A stretch of DNA of 64,000 bases from an uncultured Nitrososphaeraceae archaeon (lineage in GTDB: Archaea; Thermoproteota; Nitrososphaeria; Nitrososphaerales; Nitrososphaeraceae), in contig CAWIMJ010000025.1 of the NCBI GenBank assembly GCA_963837175.1, positions 64,713 to 128,712 on the forward strand, in the 5' to 3' direction. The position numbers and the translations under genes are program-made. Below, piece after piece: positions 41,463 through 52,160 of the stretch; within the stretch, counting starts at the first letter, position 1; the number at the start of each line of letters is the position of its first letter. Under the pieces are notes generated by a model. The model saw nothing but the letters and a program-made list of their open reading frames with translations. It was not told the origin of the DNA and did no database searches.

Positions 41463-42923
41463 ATGTTAAAGCCATCGATGATTAATAATCGTCCTAAGCA
41501 ATCTGCCATTATTCCTCCTGAGCTAATGCAATTTGTTAAATATAATACATATTCGCTTCTTATCAAAGGTTATGCGGGAACAGGTAAAACCACACTTTCC
41601 CTTACTATCCTACGAGTATTAAATATTAAAAGTAATTTTTTTTATATATCTACTAGGATTTCTCCAAAACAAATTTTTGTTTATTATCCATGGCTCAGCA
41701 AATTTATTGATGGATCCAAACTGTCCAATTCTGTTGAAAATGGGTATAACTTATCAAGTTTTGAAGATGCACGTCTAGATGAACCTGAATCGCTTTTTGA
41801 AAGAATTACGAATCAATTAATGGATGTAAAAGCGCCAATAATTATTATTGACAGTTGGAATGGAATTGCATCCTTTATGGATAAGGAAGCCAAGCTAAAT
41901 AATGAGCGAGTCTTGCAGACATGGCGAGAAAGAGCAGGTGCTAAACTAATATTTATTAATGAAGATCCGAGGGATACAACACTTGATTCTCTTGTCGATG
42001 GAATAGTAGAACTAAAGCAGATTCTTTACGATAATATCAGAATAAGAGAGATTCTCCTTTCAAAATTACGAGGAATTAGGATAAACAGGCCCGCGTATAT
42101 TTATACACTCAATAACACCATTTTCCGAAGCTGTGCTCCTTTCCGATCGACAGAATTTATTATTAACATAAATACTAAATCAAAGATAGTTAAGAAAGGA
42201 CAACAAAAACTTGGGCCACTTTCTACAGGCACATATATTACTACAGGATACCAAAAATTAGATAACGAACTAGGCGGAGGCTTCCCAAAAGGAAGTATAG
42301 TATTATTAGAAACTGATTCAGATGTAAATAAGCAAATTACAATGGCATTCTTGGCCAAAATTATGTATAGCTTCATTGGTACGTCTAATCCAATTTTATT
42401 TGGACCATTTGAAATATTCGAACCTGCCATGGTGATTACTTACCTGAAATCATATTTACAGAAAGACCCCAGAGAAGGACTTGTTAAAATTCTATGGCCT
42501 GCAAATATGGCCAAGAATCCATTTTCTGAATACATTATTCCATACCAAAAGTATAATAGCAAACGAAGAGTTGAATCTTTTCAAGATCAAGTATTTAAAG
42601 TAAAAGAAGAGAATCCACGGAAGTGTTTGCTAAACATAACGGGTTTGGATATAAGTAAGAAAGTAGAATGTTTTGAAAAAGCCGATGAAATTGAAGAGAT
42701 ATTATCTTTTATGAGGAACAATATAGATTTATCTCTTTTTGTTACCCAATGTTCAGCAAACATGAAATCGAATTTCTACGGTGAATATGATATTCACATG
42801 CGGTTAAGAATAGTAAATGGCAGCTTGTTTTTACAGTTATTGAGCACGAATTCACCTCTATATGAAATGATAAACGATACTTCGTCTGGCTATCCACAAA
42901 TTAAATTGGATCCTATGGTTTAG
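41463..42923 (+). CDS. KaiC/GvpD-like tandem RecA-superfamily ATPase
   Basis: SLLIKGYAGTGKT, IIIDSW, VDGIVEL and KLRG; second domain ITTG...LD..LGGGFPKGS with a degenerate Walker A. Confidence 0.8.
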   Translation: MLKPSMINNRPKQSAIIPPELMQFVKYNTYSLLIKGYAGTGKTTLSLTILRVLNIKSNFFYISTRISPKQIFVYYPWLSKFIDGSKLSNSVENGYNLSSFEDARLDEPESLFERITNQLMDVKAPIIIIDSWNGIASFMDKEAKLNNERVLQTWRERAGAKLIFINEDPRDTTLDSLVDGIVELKQILYDNIRIREILLSKLRGIRINRPAYIYTLNNTIFRSCAPFRSTEFIININTKSKIVKKGQQKLGPLSTGTYITTGYQKLDNELGGGFPKGSIVLLETDSDVNKQITMAFLAKIMYSFIGTSNPILFGPFEIFEPAMVITYLKSYLQKDPREGLVKILWPANMAKNPFSEYIIPYQKYNSKRRVESFQDQVFKVKEENPRKCLLNITGLDISKKVECFEKADEIEEILSFMRNNIDLSLFVTQCSANMKSNFYGEYDIHMRLRIVNGSLFLQLLSTNSPLYEMINDTSSGYPQIKLDPMV

Positions 42924-42928
42924 CTATA

Positions 42929-43225
42929 TTATGTACTGAGATGATAATACTCTTCTACAATATTTTCTTCTATACCTACAGGCAACAATTCTCTCAGTTG
43001 GTCATAGTATGCCAGGAACTTATTGCCTTTATGTGTAATTCGATAGACCATTTTATTTCCAATGTTGACCTCTTGGACAAGACCACTCTGAAGTAGAGAA
43101 TCAAGGTAAACTTTGCATTGGTCGTTGCTCAGCATAGCTTTGTACATTATTTTGGTCCTTGTTTCTTCTTTACTAGCAGATTTTAGAATTGCTGCAATTA
43201 CTTCATAACGACTACGGTTCTTCAT
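42929..43225 (-). CDS. Winged-helix transcriptional regulator (archaeal HTH_45-like)
   Basis: RSRYEVIAAIL...TKIMYKAMLS...YRITHKG. Confidence 0.85.
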   Translation of the reverse strand: MKNRSRYEVIAAILKSASKEETRTKIMYKAMLSNDQCKVYLDSLLQSGLVQEVNIGNKMVYRITHKGNKFLAYYDQLRELLPVGIEENIVEEYYHLST

Positions 43226-43535
43226 TGGTACGATACAATTAAACCCACATTTCATTTAATCGGAGTGGAACTATCAGATAGAAATATTGTTCAGCCGAGA
43301 GATAATAATTTTAATTAGTATATTATCAGATTTATGATATATATAGTATGTGTAAATAATTTTTATCTAATATCCCTCGATTGAATCGAAGGTGTGTTCT
43401 GAACTATAACGATATGTGACTTCTGAAGATATATAATACTATTGAATCAATATATCCTTCTAATTGTTTGAAACAACACTTATAAAATCCTCAGAACACG
43501 GAACACTTTAAAGTCTATTGTTACCATAAATTCTT

Positions 43536-44333
43536 ATGCTATCTTCAAGAACCGGTGTTAATGTAATATATTCGTCGAAGGATATACCAGATATACATTC
43601 TCCATATTTGATTTGTGGATTTCCAGGTAGTGGCTTTGTAGGAAAGATAGCAGTTGATCACTTGATTCAAGAGCTTAAAGCAAAACACCTAGCAGATATA
43701 TACTCCACATCATTTCCACCTCAGGTTTTGATAAGGGCTGACGGAACCGCAGACCTGATGAAAAATAGTATTTTTTATTCAAAAGACAGCGATACTGACA
43801 TACTATTGTTAACGGGAGATTCTCAACCAGTAAATCCAGATTCTGAATATGTTCTAGCTGAGGAGATTTTAGATATAGCCGCAAAATTTAATACAAAACA
43901 TGTATTCACATTGGCTGCATATATAACAGGAGTATTTGTTGACAAACCCAGAATCTTTGGAACGGCTACTGATACTGATATTGTAAAATCGTTCTATGAA
44001 AAAAATATATCCACAATGGATGTTGGTAGTATAACTGGAATGAACGGGCTTATTATCGGAATTGCTAAGCTCCGTGGAACGAGAGGAACATGTTTGTTGG
44101 GAGAAACATCGGGATATGTAGTTGACGCTAAGGCTTCTAAGTCTATTCTTGAGACGTTGCTTTCGATAGTCGGAATAAAGATAGATATGGCAACGCTTGA
44201 AAAAAGAGCAAAAGATACTGAAATGTTAATCAAAACTATTGAGCAACAAATGGCAGGAAGATCAGGCAAATTGCTGGAAGGCCAACAGACGGCTCCACAA
44301 GCTAAATCGCCTAATATGGGATATATCAGCTAA
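43536..44333 (+). CDS. PAC2-family proteasome assembly chaperone
   Basis: GFPGSGFVGKIA, FPPQV, GDSQP, ITGMNG and LLGETSG motifs. Confidence 0.9.
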   Translation: MLSSRTGVNVIYSSKDIPDIHSPYLICGFPGSGFVGKIAVDHLIQELKAKHLADIYSTSFPPQVLIRADGTADLMKNSIFYSKDSDTDILLLTGDSQPVNPDSEYVLAEEILDIAAKFNTKHVFTLAAYITGVFVDKPRIFGTATDTDIVKSFYEKNISTMDVGSITGMNGLIIGIAKLRGTRGTCLLGETSGYVVDAKASKSILETLLSIVGIKIDMATLEKRAKDTEMLIKTIEQQMAGRSGKLLEGQQTAPQAKSPNMGYIS

Positions 44334-44582
44334 GCTTGTTTCATCATATGTGATCTAAAATATTATCAATTTGAAGATATTTCTTTAAAGGACTGACCGA
44401 GGGTGAAACAAAGAACAATTTGTCTTTATATGAAAATATAAATATAAATATAAATATAAATAGATAGATATAAGTCCAAACTGCATGAAAATGAAATATT
44501 ATTTTACTGTTATTTGAATCAGGTTGTTAATCGTATGTCGTTTGTTTTATTTAATATAATTATCATATTAAGAAATTAGAAA

Positions 44583-44870
44583 TTAAACTTTTTTTAAATT
44601 TCCGTATCTACCTATATTTAAACTACTCTCTCCACGAAATGCCTGAGTATATCCATTTTCAACAGAAACCCGGTCCCCTTGCTTTACCATGTTAATCTGA
44701 TCATCCCATAACGAAAGTTTTATACTTCCTGTCTCATCCGAAATAGTAGCGTCTGCGACTTGAGCAGTCCCGCCCGCTCTAAGATTCACAGTTCGCGGTT
44801 CAGTGAGGCTATCTATTGTTCCCTCAACACTTACCCCTCGCATTCCTGCCTTTAAGTCACCGATATTCAT
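44583..44870 (-). CDS. ssb: Single OB-fold single-stranded DNA-binding protein
   Basis: I.DLK.GM, DETGSIKLSLW, ENGY...FRGE..LNIGRYG motifs. Confidence 0.9.
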   Translation of the reverse strand: MNIGDLKAGMRGVSVEGTIDSLTEPRTVNLRAGGTAQVADATISDETGSIKLSLWDDQINMVKQGDRVSVENGYTQAFRGESSLNIGRYGNLKKV

Positions 44871-45192
44871 TTCTCTTAGAACTTCAGCTATTTGTTATAA
44901 TAAAGGTTCCTGATTACATGTTGATCTCTGTCATTGTTTGACCGCAATCAGTACAAACTAGCTTTATACCTGTAATACTCTTTTCCCTTACTTCATGAAG
45001 GGTTTTTGAATGACATTTTATACATAATTTTGAAACTGTTTCTGGTTTAGCCATACCATTAAATACACCATATTTATTTAATTTATAAATAAAACATTTA
45101 CTCTAACTTTAGCCAAAGTCATCGAAGAATGGTACATTTTTATTCGATGAATAGTAATCAGCAAATAAGGTCCATAAAGCGCATGTTATAAT

Positions 45193-45323
45193 GGAGGGGT
45201 AGCGAAGCCTGGTCAAACGCGCAGGACTCAAGATTCAAGCACATTTTCGACTTAAATAGGGATTGCATATGGGTGATCCCGTCCCTTAGGGGTTCGTGGG
45301 TTCGAATCCCACTCCCTCCACCA
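45193..45323 (+). tRNA. tRNA-Leu(CAA) with a 43-nt intron at 37/38 (45233-45275) and encoded CCA
   Basis: GGAGGGG/TCCCTCC acceptor stem, long variable arm, GTGGGTTCGAATCCCAC T arm; BHB formed by CTCA/TGGG with AGA and TGA bulges. Confidence 0.92.
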
Positions 45324-45740
45324 TTATAAAAGCTAAGTAGGATGAAAATTATGTCCATTAATATGACTTGCAAGTACAATTCAAAGGCTAGAGAAATTCA
45401 AATAAATATTGTCTCCATTAGATATAAGCTTTCTGAATGTATATAGTTATTATCACGTCTTATGGAAAGCAAGCAGGTGTATATACTCAACTAGGAAATG
45501 ACTCTACTAAGACTATTTCTACGCTCGAATCTATTCATTATGCTATCCAACTGACAATTTTTACAAAAGCGACATATCTTTCTACAGTTATATCACGTGC
45601 GAAGCCAAATTTTAATATCCATTCTTTCAGAAAATGCTTTAACGTTCACATAGCCCGTTATCTAAAAATAATTTCAAAACAAGAGTAGAGTAATTAATTA
45701 ATCCATTACCTAGTTGTATATAAAATGTAATATTGTTGTT

Positions 45741-46136
45741 TTAATAAAGTGGCTTAGGCATCCTAATGCCTTTATTGCTGACTAATGAGTATAATTCTGG
45801 TAAGGAATATACAAATCCAACGTGAACGCAATCTCCTCTTTCATCTAAAAGACATTGTAGTTCTCCATTTTTTAATAAGACCTCCGCGATCCTATTTCGC
45901 TTGTTGTCTTTTACGATTACACGATTTTGATCAATAGCAATTTTTTCCATGAGAGGAGCATGTTTGGCAAATGCTTCATATTTTATTATCATTTCCTCCA
46001 TCATACTCGTGAGATAACCTGAAAAACTTGTAATACCCTTTAATTCTAAGTCCTTTTTGCTTCGCATATAAACATCAAAGAACTTTTTATAAACATTTTC
46101 ACTTACAGTGATGGATTTGAAGCCTGCTTTTGGCAT
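45741..46136 (-). CDS. Conserved hypothetical protein, putative RHH-like DNA-binding N-terminus
   Basis: MPKAGFKSITVSE.VY N-terminus; C-terminal C..D...DC.H motif. Confidence 0.7.
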   Translation of the reverse strand: MPKAGFKSITVSENVYKKFFDVYMRSKKDLELKGITSFSGYLTSMMEEMIIKYEAFAKHAPLMEKIAIDQNRVIVKDNKRNRIAEVLLKNGELQCLLDERGDCVHVGFVYSLPELYSLVSNKGIRMPKPLY

Positions 46137-46890
46137 AGTACAAGTACGGTAATGGACGGAACAATATAAGATTTATCATCGATGCATTGTCAACTATCTA
46201 CATGTCAACAAAGGTATGTCAAATATGCATGCTAGCAATCAGCGAGCGTTCTAAATGAACTTGTAGTAATAAATATAAGGTGAACACGAATTCATGTCAA
46301 AGTTATACTCGAAGATTATTTTCATGAGATTCTTTATAAATAAATATAATGCAATCTATCTTAGTCTTATATCCCCTTTGTATGGTATATTATGCGGGAG
46401 ATATGATATGGGCGATAATTTATTTAGTAATAGGCATATCATTCCTGTAATCTTATTGAGATTCCTGTTAGGCATAACATGATAGATAAAATTCTCATCC
46501 ATAAACAAGATGCAGTATATCTTAGATCCAACTACTCTGGAAGATCGAATGAATAGACAGATGAAATTAAAGGTAGAATAACTGTTGAGATAGTCCTCAA
46601 CTAGTAAGGTCTTACCAATTTTGGTTTCCTTTAAATAACATACTCCCGGAGATATGATAGTCAAAAAAGCGTGATTATTTTACTATTAGTGAACTAAAAT
46701 GCGAACTCCTCTCATTCTATAAGACCTGTAAAACCTATCGAGTACGGCTAGATCGAAGTAAAGTCATATTAGAATTTCTAAATGTTTAGGCTTTATCATT
46801 TTTATATTTCTTATTATTTCCATTAGCAATAGAATTTCCTAATTTCTAGAAAAACTATGGATAATAAAAGAAGTCTTTCATGTTGTTCTA

Positions 46891-47838
46891 ATGGAACCCG
46901 CTGAACAACAAATACCATCATCAAGCAAATCAAAGGATCTAAATGGTGTATCCTATTGTGATCAATGTAATAGCGAGTGTGTTATTTTTGATATGGTCTC
47001 TAGTGAATATGTCTGCAGCTCTTGTGGTTGTGTCGCAAATACTGAAATTTTTACAAGTGAACCCGATAGTAGCCATTCGTCGCAATCTACGTATAGTGAT
47101 AGATCAAGGACAGGTATGCCAGAGTCTCTTGCGATTCATCATAAGGGTTTGTCTACATTAATTGGAATTGGAGATACTGATGCAAGAGGAAAGGCCCTCG
47201 AACCATCTCAACGAATCAAAATACAAAGGTTAAGAACATGGAATAATAGATCACAACTTAATGATTCGATTTCGAGAAATTTAGAGAAAGCTTTAAAATT
47301 TCTCAATAACTTTGGAGATAAGTTGTATCTCAGTCAGGCAGTTATGGAAAGTGCTGCATATATTTATCGAAAAGCTGCATTAAAAAAACTTGCAAAAGGT
47401 AGATCAACTCTTGGCTTAGTCGGCGCTGCACTTTATGCTGCCTGCAGAGAGACAGCCACTCCGAAAACAATTTCAGATGTAGCAACTGTTTGTAATTTAT
47501 CCAGCAAAGATGTAATGTCTCACTACAAATTGATTCTCAGAGAGCTGTCTTTACAAATGCCTGTTCTTCATGGACCTGATTATGTAACCCTTATCGCAAA
47601 TAGATTAGATTTAAGCGAAAAAACAAAACGTGAAGCTTTGAAAATTTATTCCAGTGTTCAGCAAAATAGGATTTCAATAGGAAAAAATCCAAGGGCCCTG
47701 GCCGGTGCGGTGATATATATAGCTTCACACAATTGTAACGAGTTTCTGAGGCAGGTTGAGATCTGTCAGGTAGCAGATATATCCACTGTATCATTGAGAA
47801 AGCGTTGCAAGGAAATAAAAGGAACTCTTGAAATCTGA
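46891..47838 (+). CDS. tfb: Transcription initiation factor IIB (TFB paralog)
   Basis: CDQC...CSSCG Zn ribbon, SRTG.P, KGLST, LRTW, KGRS...ALYAACR and GKNP motifs. Confidence 0.93.
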   Translation: MEPAEQQIPSSSKSKDLNGVSYCDQCNSECVIFDMVSSEYVCSSCGCVANTEIFTSEPDSSHSSQSTYSDRSRTGMPESLAIHHKGLSTLIGIGDTDARGKALEPSQRIKIQRLRTWNNRSQLNDSISRNLEKALKFLNNFGDKLYLSQAVMESAAYIYRKAALKKLAKGRSTLGLVGAALYAACRETATPKTISDVATVCNLSSKDVMSHYKLILRELSLQMPVLHGPDYVTLIANRLDLSEKTKREALKIYSSVQQNRISIGKNPRALAGAVIYIASHNCNEFLRQVEICQVADISTVSLRKRCKEIKGTLEI

Positions 47839-47839
47839 T

Positions 47840-48760
47840 TTACATAAGTTTTAGGATATAACGCGTCAGATCTCTGCCTGTGCAAATTGATTTCCACTGA
47901 CTGGCCGTGATAGACAAGTAAGCTGCCTCGAAATTTGGATATGCCTCTTTACACGAGAATATGGTCACAATCATGCCATCATGGTCGATCTTGTAACCTC
48001 TACAAGGCTCGTGTCCTCTTATTATCATTTTAGTCTTAGTTAATCTCAACCAACCTTTAGAAATATTAATTCCGAAGTGTCTTCCAATACCTCTCCTAGA
48101 AGGTTCCCATTCTCGATGATTTTGGATGTGTTGTCGTGGATCATTCCATAAAATTTCCTCCATCCACCCATTATGAATATTTTTATCTGCCGTGGCTATG
48201 GAATTTTTAATATCTGTCATGCCTCCTATACATCGTGTAGGAAGTCCACCATGAACAATCAGAACCTGACTTCGTATCAAAGTCGAGAGAATCAGTAGTC
48301 GAAAAAAAGGCAATATTTTCTCATTATAGATTAGTCTTCCCTTCTCTCCATATCGTTCTACAAATTTGAAAGGTAAATCGTGTGAAGAAAATGGGAATTC
48401 ACTGGGTGCTTCATGATTTCCTCGCATAAGTATAACAGAATTTGGATATTTTTGTTTGAGATAACAAATCATATACAACACTGCAATTGATTGACTCCCT
48501 CTATCTACATAATCACCCATAAAAATTAATTTGTTCTTCGAGTTAGCAAGAAACATTTCAAAATCTATATTCTCCAGAATGTGAAACAATGAGTTTATAT
48601 CACCATGAATGTCGCCAATAATTACAACATTTTGCGGAATTTTCAATTCAGCAAATCCAGATGTAATGGATCCTCCCGGAATGTTACAATATTGTCTTTG
48701 CCTATCCATGCTAGCGGTAGCAGCATCAATAATTCTAATAAAATCAGCAGCATTTGCCAT
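47840..48760 (-). CDS. PPP-family Ser/Thr protein phosphatase
   Basis: GDIHG, GDYVDRG, RGNHE, VHGG, ILWNDP and IRGHE motifs. Confidence 0.9.
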   Translation of the reverse strand: MANAADFIRIIDAATASMDRQRQYCNIPGGSITSGFAELKIPQNVVIIGDIHGDINSLFHILENIDFEMFLANSKNKLIFMGDYVDRGSQSIAVLYMICYLKQKYPNSVILMRGNHEAPSEFPFSSHDLPFKFVERYGEKGRLIYNEKILPFFRLLILSTLIRSQVLIVHGGLPTRCIGGMTDIKNSIATADKNIHNGWMEEILWNDPRQHIQNHREWEPSRRGIGRHFGINISKGWLRLTKTKMIIRGHEPCRGYKIDHDGMIVTIFSCKEAYPNFEAAYLSITASQWKSICTGRDLTRYILKLM

Positions 48761-49044
48761 AATTGAGGATCGGTATAATTTATTTAAGTACAATAACAAA
48801 ATTTAGAGGTTAATAATTATTAACAATTATTAGAAAATATAGGATTAAGATAATATAGAGACAGGAAATCAGTAATCTATATTTTCCCGTACTTATCGAC
48901 ATATGATTGACAAGTTGATGGAAGTCGGGATCATATACAGGGTTTTATCCAATATACAGATATAGAAATGTTCTATGTTCTTTTTGGATTAAAAAGTATG
49001 TTTATCATTAAAAGCAATGGATCGAGAAATACTTTCAGTTATAA

Positions 49045-49338
49045 TTGCCACTTGATACAACCGGTTGGAGCAATAGGGGATGGTTAGAGATAATCGAATT
49101 TATTCTTTCAATGTGTGAAAATGGTGCAAGGAAGACTCATGTGATGTACCGAAGTAATTTGAATTCCAAACAGATTAATGAATATCTAAACTTTCTTCTC
49201 GCTTCCGGAATGCTAGAAAAGATGCAAGAACGGCCAAATTCAAAACGTTCTATTTATCGAACAACTGAGATAGGAAAAAGTTTTATAATTAAATATAAAC
49301 AGATTTTAGAACTATTTAGTCAGCGTACCTCTGCATAA
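49045..49338 (+). CDS. Winged-helix transcriptional regulator (HTH_45-like)
   Basis: RGWLEIIEFIL...KTHVMYRSNLN...YRTTEIG. Confidence 0.85.
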   Translation: MPLDTTGWSNRGWLEIIEFILSMCENGARKTHVMYRSNLNSKQINEYLNFLLASGMLEKMQERPNSKRSIYRTTEIGKSFIIKYKQILELFSQRTSA

Positions 49339-49654
49339 ATAAAATATCTTAGAATTAATTATAAAAAGTAAATTCTCCTTATAGTCTAGTTAGTTATAGA
49401 ATGAATATATTTTATTATATTTTTAGATAATCTAACCAAACTGTTTTCTTTATATAATATATATCAATAAAATAGAAAAAATTTCTGAATATATATTATA
49501 TATAGTAGGTACTAAACTAAATACATAATTCTATTGCATATAAAAATTTAATAACTCCACTTTTAGGAATCGATTGTAATAAGAAATGCTAACAACAGCT
49601 TTTTGCTTCAATGTCGTATTGAACAATATTTATCTATACAAATTAAAATCTTGA

Positions 49655-50059
49655 TCACTGAATAAAATATTCTTTGCTCTTTGTCAAGTGTGGTAGTACT
49701 TTCTTATCAATAATTGCTTTGACATCGGAATCTGGATCAAATGATAGAAGTAGATAGAACTTTTTACCTTCATTTCTACTAAATAGTATAGGAACAGTTG
49801 CACGTATTAACCTTTCATATTTGCCTATTGAATACTCTAGCTTTCCTATCTTTGATTCAAAATCTTCACGTATAGCGGCACGAAGAACTGCTTGTATTGA
49901 ATATTGCGAAGTTTCTTCTTTCGTCATTAACGGAACCAGATTCTCTCTATATACTGTTACAATAAGACTGCCAAGATGATTTGCTATACCTACAAATCTG
50001 ATTGATTGATTACTGGCTAGTATTTCCCTACAAAAACTTTCAAAATAATCCTTTTGCAT
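49655..50059 (-). CDS. Roadblock/longin-like small protein of a family expanded in Nitrososphaeria
   Basis: C.EIL.....IRFVGIAN..G......RE.L.PLMT.EE...IGKLEY....YE pattern. Confidence 0.7.
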   Translation of the reverse strand: MQKDYFESFCREILASNQSIRFVGIANHLGSLIVTVYRENLVPLMTKEETSQYSIQAVLRAAIREDFESKIGKLEYSIGKYERLIRATVPILFSRNEGKKFYLLLSFDPDSDVKAIIDKKVLPHLTKSKEYFIQ

Positions 50060-51017
50060 TGTTTAGATATTCATGATAAATATTTATAGATTAAGTTCTA
50101 GAAGCTACCTGTAAGACGTCTCAGTATGAATTAATCATTGCATATGATTAAGCTCTACGATAATATTTAAGTGAGTCTAGCCTCTATCAGTATTTTAATG
50201 GCCTATAATCTATTCAAAGACTACTTCTAAAAAATCCCTACTACTACTATATATAATTTAATTCATTAGAAAGACAGGTTCACAATATCGCTTGACGCAA
50301 AGAGTGCCGGCAATCCTAACGCATAGACTAAAGATTTCTGGGATGTGCGCAAAACAAAATGTACTAGCAGCTAAGAAACCTTGCGTTAGCTTTGTTAATA
50401 ATCATATAATATCCTTTTCTCTAAAATGATAAAACTTCAATGAAAGTCTAAAAGAATCAAATATGCTGCTATTGTTAATGGAGTCAACTATTTCTACATA
50501 TTTCACAGCAGGTGTTCCATATGATGATGATACTCCTAGGAATATTTAAAGACTTCAAGGATTTTTGCAATCAATCATTGGAATGTCAACGTAGTATTTT
50601 TACTTGTCAATTTGAAATTTACGATAATATCACGCAATTATTAATATTCATATTTTATCGTATCCTCCGCTAAGTATACTGAGTAACTATGATGTATGAG
50701 ATGAATAGTAACAATGAATAATCAGGAGTGAGAAAGGTTAGTTTGAAGAAGATATTGAAAATGTACTATCAGGTATTGCACTAAAATACTGGATTTGAGA
50801 ACAAAGCTGACTGCGTGATAGAACATTTGTAAAGCGAAAGAATCCTGTAGCAAGATATCCAACAATGAGAAAATAAGATAAAAAATAACTATACAGGCTA
50901 TGTATTATTATATCTATGAATAAAAAAGAAGATTACCATTTTCTGGTAATATAGTAGTTCTTGTTCTATCTTCAACTATATTGTATCTGCAACACTGAAA
51001 TAATACATCTATCATCC

Positions 51018-51626
51018 TCATACCCCGCTGTTGCCAACGATTTCTATAAACCTACTTTCTGGGCCAAAGATAATAGTCAACGTTCTGTCTGTATTTGTAT
51101 TTCCAGTTGCTTTGAAAGTATTGAAGATATTAGGACAGGTTCCAATACATATGCCACTTGGCTCGCCACTTATCCGCTGACCATCGATCTTTACAAGATA
51201 TGAGGCATCCATACCCTGAGTAGTTTTGGCATCTAGTGCGTTTCTAGGTAAGGCAATCTCCAATGCTCCCCCATTGTTTCCAGGAGTAACGACAACATAC
51301 AAGGCATGTCTTTGAGGATCTCCTAACATTCCGACTACTGCACCGCCTATTATATTATAATTGATAGGGGCAGTAATTCCCTTGTATGTGACATCATACT
51401 TGTTACCAAATCCTGGCGTTGCAAGAGTTTGAATTACAGTACTAGGAACCTGATCACTCTCAGTAGCATTTTCCAGTTGTACTGTGACATTCTGCGCCTT
51501 TACTGCTTGAAAGGGCAGAAGTATTGTGGTAGATAAGATGATGGCTAAAACAAAAGATACAACCAACAGTGGTGATGCAATCTTTGTATTATTCTTCAGC
51601 TTAATAACCAAACTTTTTTTGACCAT
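51018..51626 (-). CDS. Secreted hypothetical protein
   Basis: Signal peptide ending AVKAQ; G.LEI.LPR..LDA and RTLTI.F......IEIVG beta-sandwich pattern. Confidence 0.7.
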   Translation of the reverse strand: MVKKSLVIKLKNNTKIASPLLVVSFVLAIILSTTILLPFQAVKAQNVTVQLENATESDQVPSTVIQTLATPGFGNKYDVTYKGITAPINYNIIGGAVVGMLGDPQRHALYVVVTPGNNGGALEIALPRNALDAKTTQGMDASYLVKIDGQRISGEPSGICIGTCPNIFNTFKATGNTNTDRTLTIIFGPESRFIEIVGNSGV

Positions 51627-51975
51627 TTATAATGAGCACGAATACAATCTATTTACGAGTTTCTATGTTTTTATTATTGACTAATGTTCTACTTGAATGG
51701 TAACAAGAAGAAGAACGTGATAAATTCCAAAAAACTAAGTTATGGAGAAAAGTAAGAAGAAAAACAACAGAAAGAACAGCTGAAGCACAAGGATAACAAA
51801 AAGCTGCAGAAGGTTATAGACCACTATGCTGGGGAGCGTAAAGACATGGTAGTTCTCCGGCCAGGTAAAGCTTGAAAGCGTCAAAAAAAATGGTGTTTTT
51901 ATTGGGTTAGGTTAGTTAGTTGAGGATTGGGCATAAATCAATTTTTCCATCTTTCTCTCTTCATCTACTTATTGA

Positions 51976-52160
51976 TTAGCTACATAACATGTGTGTTTGA
52001 TTGCTTTTGGTTGTTGATGTTTGGTTTTTAGATTGTGGTAAACAAGTATCTGATATAGGAGCACTGATAAAAGTACTAGTCCAGCAGCCTTCTGATATCC
52101 TCTTATTGGTAATGGATCTACTATTATGAATACTTGTTTTAGATGTTCTATTAATACATG
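51976..52160 (-). pseudogene. C-terminal fragment of a DDE transposase (IS4/IS5-like)
   Basis: LIEHLKQVF..DPLPIRGY.K..GLVLLSVLLYQILVYHN.K......AIKH resembles transposase C-termini of this lineage; recognised from memory only. Confidence 0.5.

Noticed and set aside
44436-44472. (AATATA)n tract between PAC2 and ssb
   Set aside because: Simple low-complexity sequence in an AT-rich intergenic region.
45158-45379. 73-aa minus-strand ORF
   Set aside because: Antisense translation of tRNA-Leu; no integrase follows it.
46294-46664. Overlapping short ORFs upstream of tfb
   Set aside because: No recognisable motifs and atypical composition; likely non-coding or decayed.
49451-49502. 14-bp AT-only inverted repeat between convergent genes
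   Set aside because: Low complexity; may be a terminator region but is not distinguishable from chance.
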